Under the pieces are notes generated by a model. That model did not search any database. It was given only the letters and a program-made list of their open reading frames with translations, and was not told the origin of the DNA. A stretch of 64,000 nt of DNA from an uncultured bacterium (GTDB lineage: Bacteria; Hydrothermota; Tepidihabitantia; Tepidihabitantales; Tepidihabitantaceae), in the NCBI GenBank assembly GCA_964412225.1, contig CAYPNB010000006.1:25378-89377 (forward strand), given 5' to 3'. Below are positions 8,927 to 18,405 of this stretch, piece after piece. Each line of letters opens with the position of its first letter. Within the stretch, counting starts at the first letter, position 1. The position numbers and the translations under genes were made by a program.

Positions 8927-10717
8927 TCAGGGAGCGGGGTGGAGGGAATGGTAAATCTTTTCGGCTAAACCCCGGCCGATGCCTTTGACCTGGGCAATTT
9001 CTTCCACGCTGGCGCCGCGCAGTTTTGCCAGTGAGCCGAAGTGCTGAATTAGCAACTGGCGGCGGGAAGGACCGACACCGGGAATTGTGTCCAGTTCTGA
9101 GGTGAGAACTTTTTTGCCGCGCAGTTTGCGGTGGAAGGTGATGGCAAAGCGGTGGGATTCATCCCGGATTCGCTTCAACAGTTTCAATGCCGGTGAGGTG
9201 GCGGGGATGGCGATCTCCCTGCCGTCAATGTAAAACAGGGTATCGGTGCGTTTGGCAATGCCGAGGAGGGGAATCTCCTGGTCGTACTGGTGATAGGCTT
9301 TAGTTGCCGCCGAAAGTTGCCCTTTGCCACCGTCAACCAGAACCAGGTCGGGCAGGGGCAGGTTTTTCTCCAGAAGTCCGCGCACCCGTCGCGCCAGGAC
9401 TTCGGTTATCATCGCAAAGTCATTTGGACCGGTGACGCTGCGGATTTTGAACAGCCGGTACTGACTTTTTAACGGTCGGTCATATTTGAATACCACCACC
9501 GAACCAACTGCATTGGTTCCCTGGGTGTTGGAGATATCTACCCCTTCAATTAACCGGGGCGGTGAGTTTAGACCCAGAATTTCCGCCAGTTCCACATTCG
9601 CCCGGGGAATCGGTTCCACTCCCGGGATCTCTTCGGCGAGCGCCTTTTCGGCATTTTTCTGCGCCAGTTCTACCAGACTCCGTTTTTCTCCCCGGCGGGG
9701 AGCAAGGATTTTTATCCGCCGACCCTGTCGTTCCTGAAACAGCCGTTCAAATAGGTCGGTTTCACCGATAGCAACAGGCAGGACAATTTCATCGGGCAGG
9801 TCGGCGGTGTGGGTATAAACTGAGCGCAGGAGCCCTTCCAGAACTTCTGCCTCCGGGATGTCTTTGGCCGCGGCTAGCCGGTACTCCTCCCGGGCAACGA
9901 TTTTTCCTTCCCGGATGCGGAATACCGTCGCCACGGCGGTTGTGCCACCCCGGGCCAGACCGACCACATCCCGGCTTACTTTATCCTGGCTCACCACCTG
10001 CTGATTGCGGATCACCTCTCGGATGGCGAGCAGCTGGTCGCGCAGCAACGCCGCCTGTTCATAGCGTTGCGCTGCCGCCTCCTGCCACATCCGTTTTTCC
10101 AGTTCGGCGATTAGTTTCTCAGAACGTCCGGAAAGAAATTCAATTACGTCGTTCACCCGTTGCCGGTACGCTTCGTCATTTACCTGGCCGGTACAGGGGG
10201 CAATACAGCGGTGGAGTTGAAAGTTGAGGCAGGGCTGGGTTGAGCTGGCGTCGGGCAGCTGTCGCTTACAGGTGCGCAGCTGGAAAATACGTTTTACCGC
10301 CCGCAGGGCCCGGCGCAGTTCCCGGGCACTGGTATAGGGCCCAAAGAGCACCGAACCGTCCGGTTTGATGTTTCTGGTGACGAATATTTTGGGGAACTGT
10401 TCGCCGGTGGTAATTTTTAGATAGGGGTATTTTTTGTCGTCCCGGAGGCGGACGTTATAGCGGGGTTTTTTGATTTTTATCAGGCTTTCCTCTAAAAGCA
10501 GCGCTTCCACTTCGGAACGGGTGACGATTGTTTCTAAGTCGCTGGTGCGATACACCAGGGCGGCCAGACGGGGGCTTGACTGAGGCTGGAGATAGTTGCG
10601 CAGCCGATCCCGGAGGGAACGCGCCTTGCCGATGTAAATCACCCGTCCCTTTTTGTCTTTAAGAAGATAGACACCCGGTTCAGTGGGTGCCTGCACCACC
10701 TTTGCTGCCAAACTCAT
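8927..10717 (-). CDS. uvrC: Excinuclease ABC subunit C
   Basis: GIY-YIG N-terminus (GVYLLKDKKGRVIYIGKARSLRDR). UvrBC-interaction region. C-terminal HhH (IPGVGPSRRQLLIQHFGS...GIG). Confidence 0.95.
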   Translation of the reverse strand: MSLAAKVVQAPTEPGVYLLKDKKGRVIYIGKARSLRDRLRNYLQPQSSPRLAALVYRTSDLETIVTRSEVEALLLEESLIKIKKPRYNVRLRDDKKYPYLKITTGEQFPKIFVTRNIKPDGSVLFGPYTSARELRRALRAVKRIFQLRTCKRQLPDASSTQPCLNFQLHRCIAPCTGQVNDEAYRQRVNDVIEFLSGRSEKLIAELEKRMWQEAAAQRYEQAALLRDQLLAIREVIRNQQVVSQDKVSRDVVGLARGGTTAVATVFRIREGKIVAREEYRLAAAKDIPEAEVLEGLLRSVYTHTADLPDEIVLPVAIGETDLFERLFQERQGRRIKILAPRRGEKRSLVELAQKNAEKALAEEIPGVEPIPRANVELAEILGLNSPPRLIEGVDISNTQGTNAVGSVVVFKYDRPLKSQYRLFKIRSVTGPNDFAMITEVLARRVRGLLEKNLPLPDLVLVDGGKGQLSAATKAYHQYDQEIPLLGIAKRTDTLFYIDGREIAIPATSPALKLLKRIRDESHRFAITFHRKLRGKKVLTSELDTIPGVGPSRRQLLIQHFGSLAKLRGASVEEIAQVKGIGRGLAEKIYHSLHPAP

Positions 10718-10735
10718 CTCTGGTGAGAGGAGGTT

Positions 10736-12193
10736 TTAACCCTTGACCACACCCAGGGGGCGCATCCGCGCCACCTTCTGGGCAATCCCGGCGCGATGGC
10801 AGACATCCACCACCTGGTTAACGTCTTTGTAGGCGTCCGGCACCTCCTCGTTCAGGACCTCCCGGCTTGCCGCCATCACCAGAATGCCTTTGGCGCGCAG
10901 TTCTGCTGCTACATCCCGGCGTTTTGTTTCCTCCAATGCCCTGGTGCGGGACCAGACCCGGCCGGCACCATGACAGGCAGAACCAAATGTCTCATTTGCC
11001 GCCCTTTCGGTGCCGAGGAGGAGATAGGAGCTGGTGCCCATATCACCGGGAATCAGAACCGGCTGGCCGAGATGGCGATACTTTGCCGGCAGTGCTGGAT
11101 GGCCGGGCGGGAATGCCCGGGTCGCACCTTTACGATGGACACAGAGTTTAAGTTTTTTTCCGTTGAGCTCGTGCTCCTCAATTTTGGCGATGTTATGCGC
11201 CACATCGTAGACCTGGGTCATTCCCAGTTTTTCAATCGGGATGCCAAGCACCTGGGAGAACGCCTCCCGTACCCAGTGACTGATCGCCTGCCGGTTTGCC
11301 CAGGCGTAGTTTGCGGCCGCCACCATCGCCCCAAAGTACCGTTTACCTTCTGGAGATTCAATTGGCGCACAGGCAAGTTGCCGGTCAACCAGTTCAATGC
11401 CGTATTTCCTTGCCGCCGCCACCAGACTTTTCACATTGTCGTCACAGATCTGATAGCCCAGACCACGGGAGCCGGTGTGAATCATTACCGTTACCTGTCC
11501 GAGATGGATGCCCAGTTCAGCGGCTTTTGTTGGGTCGTAAATTTCTACCACTTCCTGAATCTCCAGGAAATGGTTACCGGCGCCAAGGGTACCCAGTTGC
11601 GGCATCCCCCGTTCCAGCGCCCGGGCAGAGACACCGGCAAGGTCGGCATTCGCCATTTCGCCGTGTTCCTCGGTGTATTCCAGGTCTTCCGGGGTGCCAT
11701 AGCCTTGTTCAACCGCCCAGCGCGCCCCCTTGGTCAGCACCTCGGCGACCGTCTCCCGGGAGATTCTTATTTTGCCTTTTGAACCAACGCCCGAGGGGAC
11801 GTTATAGAAAATCGCCCGCACCAGTTTTTCCAGGAGTTCTGGTTTCAGGTCTTTGCGCTCCAGATTTGTCCGCAGGAGCCGGACACCGCAGTTGATGTCG
11901 TAGCCAACACCACCCGGGGAGATTACGCCGTCTTTAATATCAAATGCCGCGACGCCACCAATGGCAAAGCCATAACCCCAGTGAATATCCGGCATCGCCA
12001 GCGATGCCCGGACAATACCGGGTAGTGTTGCCACATTTGCCACCTGTTCTGGTGCCTGGTCGGCTTTAATATCCTCAATGAGGGTGGCATCGGCATAAAT
12101 TATCCCATCAACCTTCATTCCCGGTTTATAGTTCTTCGGAATGAGCAATCGGTTGTCGTCAATTCTCTCCAGAGGTCCGTTCCATCCTGCCAT
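10736..12193 (-). CDS. rtcB: RNA 3'-phosphate/5'-hydroxyl ligase RtcB
   Basis: 485 aa. Conserved RtcB metal-binding His/Cys pattern and C-terminal HGAGR motif. Confidence 0.9.
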   Translation of the reverse strand: MAGWNGPLERIDDNRLLIPKNYKPGMKVDGIIYADATLIEDIKADQAPEQVANVATLPGIVRASLAMPDIHWGYGFAIGGVAAFDIKDGVISPGGVGYDINCGVRLLRTNLERKDLKPELLEKLVRAIFYNVPSGVGSKGKIRISRETVAEVLTKGARWAVEQGYGTPEDLEYTEEHGEMANADLAGVSARALERGMPQLGTLGAGNHFLEIQEVVEIYDPTKAAELGIHLGQVTVMIHTGSRGLGYQICDDNVKSLVAAARKYGIELVDRQLACAPIESPEGKRYFGAMVAAANYAWANRQAISHWVREAFSQVLGIPIEKLGMTQVYDVAHNIAKIEEHELNGKKLKLCVHRKGATRAFPPGHPALPAKYRHLGQPVLIPGDMGTSSYLLLGTERAANETFGSACHGAGRVWSRTRALEETKRRDVAAELRAKGILVMAASREVLNEEVPDAYKDVNQVVDVCHRAGIAQKVARMRPLGVVKG

Positions 12194-12257
12194 ACTGATA
12201 AATTATAAACTGCGATCACCATTGCGTCAACAGGCTTTATTTGGAAAAAGAGGAGCG

Positions 12258-12437
12258 ATGTTTTCCATCCTGCCGGCAAGATTACGGTTTTATCGCTCCG
12301 GGATTTGTTTTCTAACGGGTTCGGTTTCAGATGGTATTTTTATCAACCTTTGTTTTGATAAGTCCCAATATTTTAGACAGTTAATTCTCAAAGGGGGCTA
12401 CCCCCGGGGTGACCCGGGGGGTGGTAGCCGTTTTTGA
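12258..12437 (+). CDS. Candidate small ORF (59 aa, Cys-containing), AGAGGAG Shine-Dalgarno 4 nt upstream, C-terminus encoded by a terminator-like hairpin
   Basis: ATG at 12258 preceded by aaagaggag. The ORF ends exactly at the GC-rich palindrome followed by a T-run. No homology recognised. Confidence 0.3.
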   Translation: MFSILPARLRFYRSGICFLTGSVSDGIFINLCFDKSQYFRQLILKGGYPRGDPGGGSRF

Positions 12438-12445
12438 GCCGGTTT
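12393..12445 (+). terminator. GC-rich palindromic hairpin followed by TTTTT (rho-independent terminator-like)
   Basis: gggggctacccccggggtgacccggggggtggtagccgttttt. Inverted repeat with internal CCCCGGGG core and a T5 tract on the + strand. Confidence 0.55.
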
Positions 12446-12618
12446 AAGGTTTGGTATAACTGTTCAGAGTTCTCCTGGTTATAGTTATTGGCGGTGAGTT
12501 CAGAATCGGGGGTAATTGGCTGGCCGGGTGTGGTTTTGATTCTGGACGCTGGGTGTGTTGTTATAGGTAATGGGTGGTGAGATGGGGTGTTTTGTTAGTT
12601 CCGGAATGGCTATGAGTC

Positions 12619-13923
12619 TCAGGGGGTGAGGCGAAACCGGTCGCGGGGGAAGAAACTTGCCTCCCGGACGTTGCTCAGGCCAAGGAGCTGCTGAGTGAGC
12701 CGTTCGGCGCCGATTGCCAGTCCACCGTGCGGCGGGACCGCATAGCGGAATATCTCCAGGTAGAACTCAAAGTTTTCCGGGTTTAGGCCAAAGTGGCGCA
12801 TGTTTTCTATGAGCATGTTGTAGTCGTGGATCCGCTGGCTACCGGTTGTTACCTCCAGGCCCCGGAAGAGGAGGTCAAAGCCAAAGGTGTAATCGGGGTC
12901 AGCCGGGTCCCACATTGTGTAAAATGGGCGGGTTTTGCGGGGGTAGTGGGTGACAAAGATAAATTCAGATTTGTGTGCCTTCTGGGCATAGTCGCATAAC
13001 TGTCGTTCGCCTTCCGGGTCAAGGTCAATCATCCCGGTGGTGTCCCGGTTGTAGTCTTTCTGGAGTACCTGCAGGGCGTCCTGGAACTTGATTTCCGGGA
13101 TGGTGCCGACTTCTGGCAGCCGGGCACCGATTACGCTCAGCTCTTCAGCGCAGTTTTGGGCAATGTTTGCCACCATCTCCTGGAGCAGACGGTTTTCCAG
13201 TTGGGTGACATCCCGGAATGATTCAATGAAGCCCATCTCGTAGTCAAGGGAGAGGTATTCGTTGATGTGGCGGGAGGTGGCGTGGTCTTCGGCCCGGTAA
13301 ACAAAGCCGATTTCAAATACCCTTTCGTAGCCGGCGCCGACGAGCATCTGTTTATAGAACTGGGGGCTCTGGGCCAGGAACGCCTTCTGTTCAAAGTACT
13401 GAATCGGGAAGAGGGCGGTTCCACCTTCAGTGCCGGCGGCGATGATTTTGGAGGTGTGGACCTGGAGGAACCCGGCGCGGCGGAGAAATTCGGCGAAGGA
13501 TCGGACAATCTCTGCCTGGACCCGGAAGACCGAACCGAACTCCGGGTTACGCAGGGCGAACGCCCGATGGTCTAAAATCATGTCCAGTTTCAGGTTTAGT
13601 TTTTCCCGGGAACGGTTGACCTCAAACGGGAGGGGTGCCACCGGTTGGACCAGGACACGCAGTTCTTCCATTTCCAGTTCTACTCCCTGTTTTGCCTGGG
13701 GTTCCGGTTTTACCCGGCCGATAATCTCCACCACCGATTCCCGTTCTAATGAGTTGAGGTTGAACTGTGCCGGGGTGGTGGTTATCACCTGACAGATGCC
13801 AGAGCGGTCGCGCAGCAGAAGAAAGGCGATTTTACCCACCGGACGGATGTGGTGGATCCAGCCGAGAAGCCGGACCCGCTCGCCCACCTTCTCGGGTAAC
13901 TGTTTTGCCAGAGTGCGTTCCAT
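12619..13923 (-). CDS. aspS: Aspartate--tRNA ligase, archaeal/eukaryal type (likely non-discriminating)
   Basis: 434 aa class IIb aaRS with N-terminal OB fold. C-terminus ...GGLAIGAERLTQQLLGLSNVREASFFPRDRFRLTP matches the archaeal-type AspRS ending. Confidence 0.8.
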   Translation of the reverse strand: MERTLAKQLPEKVGERVRLLGWIHHIRPVGKIAFLLLRDRSGICQVITTTPAQFNLNSLERESVVEIIGRVKPEPQAKQGVELEMEELRVLVQPVAPLPFEVNRSREKLNLKLDMILDHRAFALRNPEFGSVFRVQAEIVRSFAEFLRRAGFLQVHTSKIIAAGTEGGTALFPIQYFEQKAFLAQSPQFYKQMLVGAGYERVFEIGFVYRAEDHATSRHINEYLSLDYEMGFIESFRDVTQLENRLLQEMVANIAQNCAEELSVIGARLPEVGTIPEIKFQDALQVLQKDYNRDTTGMIDLDPEGERQLCDYAQKAHKSEFIFVTHYPRKTRPFYTMWDPADPDYTFGFDLLFRGLEVTTGSQRIHDYNMLIENMRHFGLNPENFEFYLEIFRYAVPPHGGLAIGAERLTQQLLGLSNVREASFFPRDRFRLTP

Positions 13924-13953
13924 GCTTTCAATCTACTTAACTGACCGCTTCTG

Positions 13954-14601
13954 TCAAGCAGTCCGACGTTCCCGGACCAGATAAATCCAGGGCAGGGAAA
14001 TGAGGGTACAGATACCTTTGAGGATGACGTTTGCCCAGAAGATGCTGACGACCACTGGCAGCGGCAGCCGCCCGATGAAGGCCAGGGAGCAGAAGAGCGC
14101 TGAATCCAAAGGCACGCTGACCGAATTGGAAACCAGTACCCGGAGCCACTGGCGGCGCGGTCCGACCCGGTTGACCCACAGCTGATAGATTTCCCCGTCC
14201 ACGAGTTCTGCGGCGACTTCGGCAACAATTGAGGCGATGACGATGCGCCAGACCGGAGAGAGGACCATACCAAATTCCAGTTGTGCGCCGACCTGAGGGT
14301 CCGGGGGCAGGCGGGCGACAAGCCAGAAAAGCCCGGCCATAAACAGGTTGATGACACCGGCGGCGGTGACCACCCGGCGGGCGACTTTGATGCCGGCGGT
14401 TTTATGCACCAGGTCCCGGATGGTGAAGGTGAAAGGGTAGATCAGGGTGCCGGCGTCAACGCTGAAGCCGGCGATGAGGAGGATGCGTAGGCTCGCCACG
14501 TCGGCGAGAATCTGGGCGGCGATGTAGGCGGCGGTAACCAGCGCCACATCCACCGCCAGGCGTTCGGGAAACGGTTGTTTTTCTGTTTCCGCCGCGGGCA
14601 T
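13954..14601 (-). CDS. yhhQ: Queuosine-precursor transporter YhhQ (DUF165/Vut family)
   Basis: Multi-TM protein with the YhhQ signature (IYPFTFTIRDLVHK). The likely start is the internal Met at 14601 (MPAAETEK); the track ORF extends to 14643. Confidence 0.7.
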   Translation of the reverse strand: MPAAETEKQPFPERLAVDVALVTAAYIAAQILADVASLRILLIAGFSVDAGTLIYPFTFTIRDLVHKTAGIKVARRVVTAAGVINLFMAGLFWLVARLPPDPQVGAQLEFGMVLSPVWRIVIASIVAEVAAELVDGEIYQLWVNRVGPRRQWLRVLVSNSVSVPLDSALFCSLAFIGRLPLPVVVSIFWANVILKGICTLISLPWIYLVRERRTA

Positions 14602-14608
14602 TTGAATC

Positions 14609-14636
14609 ACAATAAGGTGATTTTGTTTACTGTCAA
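14609..14636 (-). promoter_or_regulatory. Putative sigma70-like promoter for yhhQ (TTGACA-16-TATTGT), giving a near-leaderless transcript
   Basis: Minus-strand TTGACA at 14631-14636 and TATTGT at 14609-14614. The ATG at 14601 is ~7 nt downstream of the -10. Confidence 0.3.
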
Positions 14637-14688
14637 TAGGCACAGCGCTTGACTTGATTGCCGGGTCTTCTATGCTTTATTTGTTCCG

Positions 14689-16056
14689 ATGAATATTATC
14701 ACAACCGTTTCTGAAGAAGGTGGTGGACTGGTTCCGGTAACACCGGACCGGGCGCTGACCCCGGCCGAGATCGTCGCAGAACTGGACCGCTATATCATCG
14801 GGCAGGCAGCGGCGAAGAAGGCGGTGGCGATCGCCCTTCGCAACCGCTGGCGCCGGCAACGGGTACCGGACCGCCTGCGGGAAGAGATTCTGCCCAACAA
14901 CATCATCCTGATCGGGCCCACCGGTGTCGGCAAGACCGAGATTGCCCGGCGGCTTGCCCGTCTTGCCCAGGCGCCGTTTGTGAAGGTGGAGGCGTCCAAG
15001 TTTACCGAGGTGGGTTATGTGGGCAGGGATGTGGATGCGATGATCCGGGATTTGATGGAGATTGGCGTAAATATGGTCAAGGCAGAGAAAACCCGGCTGG
15101 TCCAGAGCCGGGCCGAGGCGCTCGCCGAGGAGAAAATATTGAAGATTTTACTGCCCGATGACGGGGTGTGCAGCCCCCGGACCCGGGAAAGGTTACGGGA
15201 GAAACTGCGTACCGGAGAACTGGACCAGCAGCTGGTGGAGATTAAATCCACCAGTCAGACGTTTCCGATTCCCGATATCTTTGCCCAACTGGGCGGGGAT
15301 GAGATGGTGATTCAGTTGCAGGAGATCCTGGCGCCGACAATGCCCAAACAGACCAAGCGGCGGAAGCTGACCGTTGCCGAGGCGAAACGGGTGCTTGTCC
15401 AGGAGGAGGCACAGAAATTAATTGATATGGATGAGGTGGTGAGCGAGGCAAAGCGGCGGGTGGAGCAGAGCGGTATTGTATTCATTGACGAGATTGATAA
15501 GGTGGTGAGCGCCACACCGTCAACCACCGGTCCGGATGTTTCCCGTGAGGGTGTCCAGCGGGACCTCTTGCCGGTAGTTGAGGGGGCGAGTGTTCTGACC
15601 AAATACGGGATGGTGCGCACCGATCACATTCTGTTTATTGCCGCCGGCGCCTTTCATAAGGTAAAACCGTCTGATATGATCCCGGAACTGCAGGGCAGGT
15701 TTCCGATTCGGGTGGAGCTGGCGCCGTTGAGCAAGGAAGATTTCCGGCGCATCCTGGTGGAACCGGAGAACGCCCTGGTGAAACAGTACACCGCCCTGCT
15801 TGCCACCGAGGGGGTGGAACTGACCTTCACCCGGGATGCGATTGATGCGATTGCCGAGATCGCCCACCAGGTGAACACCGATACCGAGAACATCGGTGCC
15901 CGGCGTCTGCACACGGTTATGACCACCCTGCTTGAGGACATCCTTTTTGAACTGCCCAATCCGAAAACCCGAAACGTGCGGATCAACGCCGGTTATGTGC
16001 GCAGGAAACTCAAGGCAATAGTTGCCAATAAGGATTTAAGCCGTTATATTTTATAA
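14689..16056 (+). CDS. hslU: ATP-dependent protease ATPase subunit HslU
   Basis: N-terminal [33 protein letters not shown]; Walker [16 protein letters not shown]; I-domain; C-terminal HslU region. 455 aa. Confidence 0.9.
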   Translation: MNIITTVSEEGGGLVPVTPDRALTPAEIVAELDRYIIGQAAAKKAVAIALRNRWRRQRVPDRLREEILPNNIILIGPTGVGKTEIARRLARLAQAPFVKVEASKFTEVGYVGRDVDAMIRDLMEIGVNMVKAEKTRLVQSRAEALAEEKILKILLPDDGVCSPRTRERLREKLRTGELDQQLVEIKSTSQTFPIPDIFAQLGGDEMVIQLQEILAPTMPKQTKRRKLTVAEAKRVLVQEEAQKLIDMDEVVSEAKRRVEQSGIVFIDEIDKVVSATPSTTGPDVSREGVQRDLLPVVEGASVLTKYGMVRTDHILFIAAGAFHKVKPSDMIPELQGRFPIRVELAPLSKEDFRRILVEPENALVKQYTALLATEGVELTFTRDAIDAIAEIAHQVNTDTENIGARRLHTVMTTLLEDILFELPNPKTRNVRINAGYVRRKLKAIVANKDLSRYIL

Positions 16057-16058
16057 TT

Positions 16059-16991
16059 ATGAAAAAAGACCTGATTTCAATTGCCGATCTAAACCAGAAT
16101 GAGATTAGTGAACTTCTGCAGGAGGCGCAGGAATTAAAGGAGAAGGTAAGGCGAGAGAGTACGCTCAATATCGCCCGGGGCCGGATGGGCGTTTTGATAT
16201 TTGAGAAGCCCAGTTTGCGAACCCGGGTGACATTTGAACGGGCGCTCCAGCAGCTGGGCGGTGCCAGTACTTACCTTAGCCCGACTGACATCGGCCTGGG
16301 TACAAGAGAGTCGGTACCGGATGTTGCCCGGAACCTGTCCCGTTGGGTGGATGTGATTATCGCCCGGGTTTTTGAGCACGAAAAGGTGACCGGTCTGGCT
16401 GAGAACGCCACCATTCCGGTGATCAACGCCCTCTCTGATCTGGAGCACCCCTGTCAGATTCTTGCTGACCTGCTTACTATCTTTGAACACCAGGGGAGGC
16501 TGGCCGGGGTTACGGTTGCCTGGGTGGGTGATGGTAATAATGTCTGTCACTCGCTTATGCTTGCCGCGAGCATCATGGGCATTAACCTCAATGTGGCGAC
16601 ACCGAAGGGGTTTGAACCTAAGGTTGGAATTACCGCCCGAGCGCAGGAGCAGGCAAAAAATAGCGGCGCGCAGATTAAACTCACCTATGACCCCTGTGAA
16701 GCGGTTGGAAATGCCGATTTTATCTATACCGATGTCTGGGCGTCAATGGGACAGGAGAATGAAAAAGAGCAGCGCCGGCAGATATTCCGGCCCTATCAGG
16801 TGAATCGTAGCCTTATTGCCCGGGGGAAGCCTACCCTTAAAGTCCTGCACTGTCTGCCCGCCCATCGGGGTGAGGAGATAACCGACGATGTCCTGGATGG
16901 ACCCCAATCGATTGTCCTTGACCAGGCGGAGAATCGGCTTCACATTCAGCGGGCGATAGTCGCCCGGTTGTTGAATAATGTCCGGACCTGA
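16059..16991 (+). CDS. argF: Ornithine carbamoyltransferase
   Basis: STRTR motif (SLRTRVTFE), HCLPAHRGEE motif. 310 aa. Confidence 0.9.
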   Translation: MKKDLISIADLNQNEISELLQEAQELKEKVRRESTLNIARGRMGVLIFEKPSLRTRVTFERALQQLGGASTYLSPTDIGLGTRESVPDVARNLSRWVDVIIARVFEHEKVTGLAENATIPVINALSDLEHPCQILADLLTIFEHQGRLAGVTVAWVGDGNNVCHSLMLAASIMGINLNVATPKGFEPKVGITARAQEQAKNSGAQIKLTYDPCEAVGNADFIYTDVWASMGQENEKEQRRQIFRPYQVNRSLIARGKPTLKVLHCLPAHRGEEITDDVLDGPQSIVLDQAENRLHIQRAIVARLLNNVRT

Positions 16992-17904
16992 GATATTGAT
17001 TATTGGTGCCGGACCGGCCGGCATGACCGCGGGCATCTATGCCAGCCGGGCGGGTCATTCTGCGCTGATTTTAGAGAAGGAGGTTACCGGTGGTCAGGTG
17101 GCGAAGACCGCGGTGGTGGAGAACTATCCGGGTTTTGCCGAGCCAATAGATGCGGTTGAGTTGGTTCAGAGAATGGAAAACCAGGTCCGGCGGTTTGGCT
17201 GTCAGATTGAGAATGCGGAAGTTACCGGGATTGACCTTGCCGCGGAGGGCATTGAGGTTCAGACGAATATCGGGAAATTTTATCCTGGTGCGGTGGTTAT
17301 CTGTACCGGAACAAAACCAAGGTCGCTGGGTGTGGAAAACGAAGAAAGGCTGGTGGGCAGGGGTGTTTCTTACTGCGCGATCTGCGATGGTCCGCTTTTT
17401 CGGGACCGGGAGGTGGCGGTGGTGGGGGGCGGTGATTCGGCCCTTGCCGAAGCCAACTACCTCAGCCGGTTCTGCTCCCGGGTGTACCTCATTCACCGCC
17501 GGGATGAGTTTCGGGCGGCAAAGGTGTGTCAGGAGCGTACTCGCCAGAACCCCAAGATTACCTTACTTCTCTCTCGGGTGGTGACCAGAATCAATGGCAC
17601 CCAGCGGCTGGAAAGCCTGGAGGTTAAGGACCTGAAGACCGGAGCGGTGGCGAACCTGGCGGTTGCCGGTTTGTTTGTATACGTTGGACTGGTTCCGAAT
17701 ACCGGCTGGTGTCAGGGTGTCATAAATCTTGATGAGGCGGGGTTCATTATTACCGACGAAAACCTTCAGACGTCGCTGCCCGGTGTTTTTGCCGCGGGCG
17801 ATGTCCGGCGCAAGACCCTGCGTCAGATTGCCACCGCGGTCGGAGACGGCGCTCTTGCCGCGATGATGGCGCATGAGTTCCTCCGGAATCGGAGCGGACA
17901 GTAG
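16978..17904 (+). CDS. trxB: Thioredoxin-disulfide reductase
   Basis: FAD-binding GAGPAG, redox-active CAICDG, NADPH-binding GGGDSA. 308 aa. Overlaps argF by 14 nt. Confidence 0.9.
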   Translation: MSGPEILIIGAGPAGMTAGIYASRAGHSALILEKEVTGGQVAKTAVVENYPGFAEPIDAVELVQRMENQVRRFGCQIENAEVTGIDLAAEGIEVQTNIGKFYPGAVVICTGTKPRSLGVENEERLVGRGVSYCAICDGPLFRDREVAVVGGGDSALAEANYLSRFCSRVYLIHRRDEFRAAKVCQERTRQNPKITLLLSRVVTRINGTQRLESLEVKDLKTGAVANLAVAGLFVYVGLVPNTGWCQGVINLDEAGFIITDENLQTSLPGVFAAGDVRRKTLRQIATAVGDGALAAMMAHEFLRNRSGQ

Positions 17905-17970
17905 CGGTTCTTTTCCCGGTTGTTTGATCTTTCCGTTTGCAATTTGACACGGCCGGTATTATAATTATTT

Positions 17971-18347
17971 GAAGGCGGGTCGGACGGTCGCCCCGTTTTT
18001 GCGGGGAGGAAAGTCCGGGCACCAAAGGGCAGGACACTCGTTAATAGCGAGGCTGTCCGTAGCGGACAGACGGAAAGTGTCACAGAAACTACACCGCCCT
18101 ATTTGGGGTAAGGGTGAAATAGTGCGGTAAGAGCGCACTATCCGTGGTGGTGACATCACGGATGGATAAACCCTGTCCGGTGCAAGACCAAGCAGGGAGT
18201 TGTGAGTGCTGTTTTTGCACTCCCGGACTGGCCCGGTCCGCATTGGCTCCCGGGTAGGTCGCTTGAGGCCGGCGGGCAACCGCTGGTCCCAGATAAATGA
18301 CCGTCGCCCTGAAAAGGGAACAGAACCCGGCTTACAGACCCGCCTTC
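17971..18347 (+). ncRNA. rnpB: RNase P RNA (bacterial type A)
   Basis: Universally conserved P4 strands GGAAAGUCCGGGC and ACAGAACCCGGCUUA. P1 pairing (aaggcgggtc...gacccgcctt). ~377 nt. Overlaps only spurious ORFs in the track. Confidence 0.85.
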
Positions 18348-18405
18348 ATTGTTAATTATTCCCCTGTTTGACAGGAGAGAAATCGTTGATAAATTGAAAG
18401 ACAGT

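Noticed and set aside
10796-11782. 328-aa + strand ORF inside rtcB and other long antisense ORFs (e.g. 13954-14643 alternates, 20979-21575, 21926-22486, 13785-14357)
   Set aside because: Antisense or out-of-frame artefacts within well-supported genes, with biased Arg/Pro/Gly/His composition and no motifs.
14649-14676. Sigma70-like promoter TTGACT-16-TATGCT upstream of hslU
   Set aside because: Plausible by consensus but unverifiable. FCB-type organisms often use non-sigma70 consensus promoters, so it is not reported as a feature.
14602-14688. preQ1 riboswitch upstream of yhhQ
   Set aside because: The hairpin AUCAC-CUUAUU-GUGAU lacks the conserved preQ1-I loop and tail. The sequence is better explained as a TTGACA/TATTGT promoter for a near-leaderless transcript.
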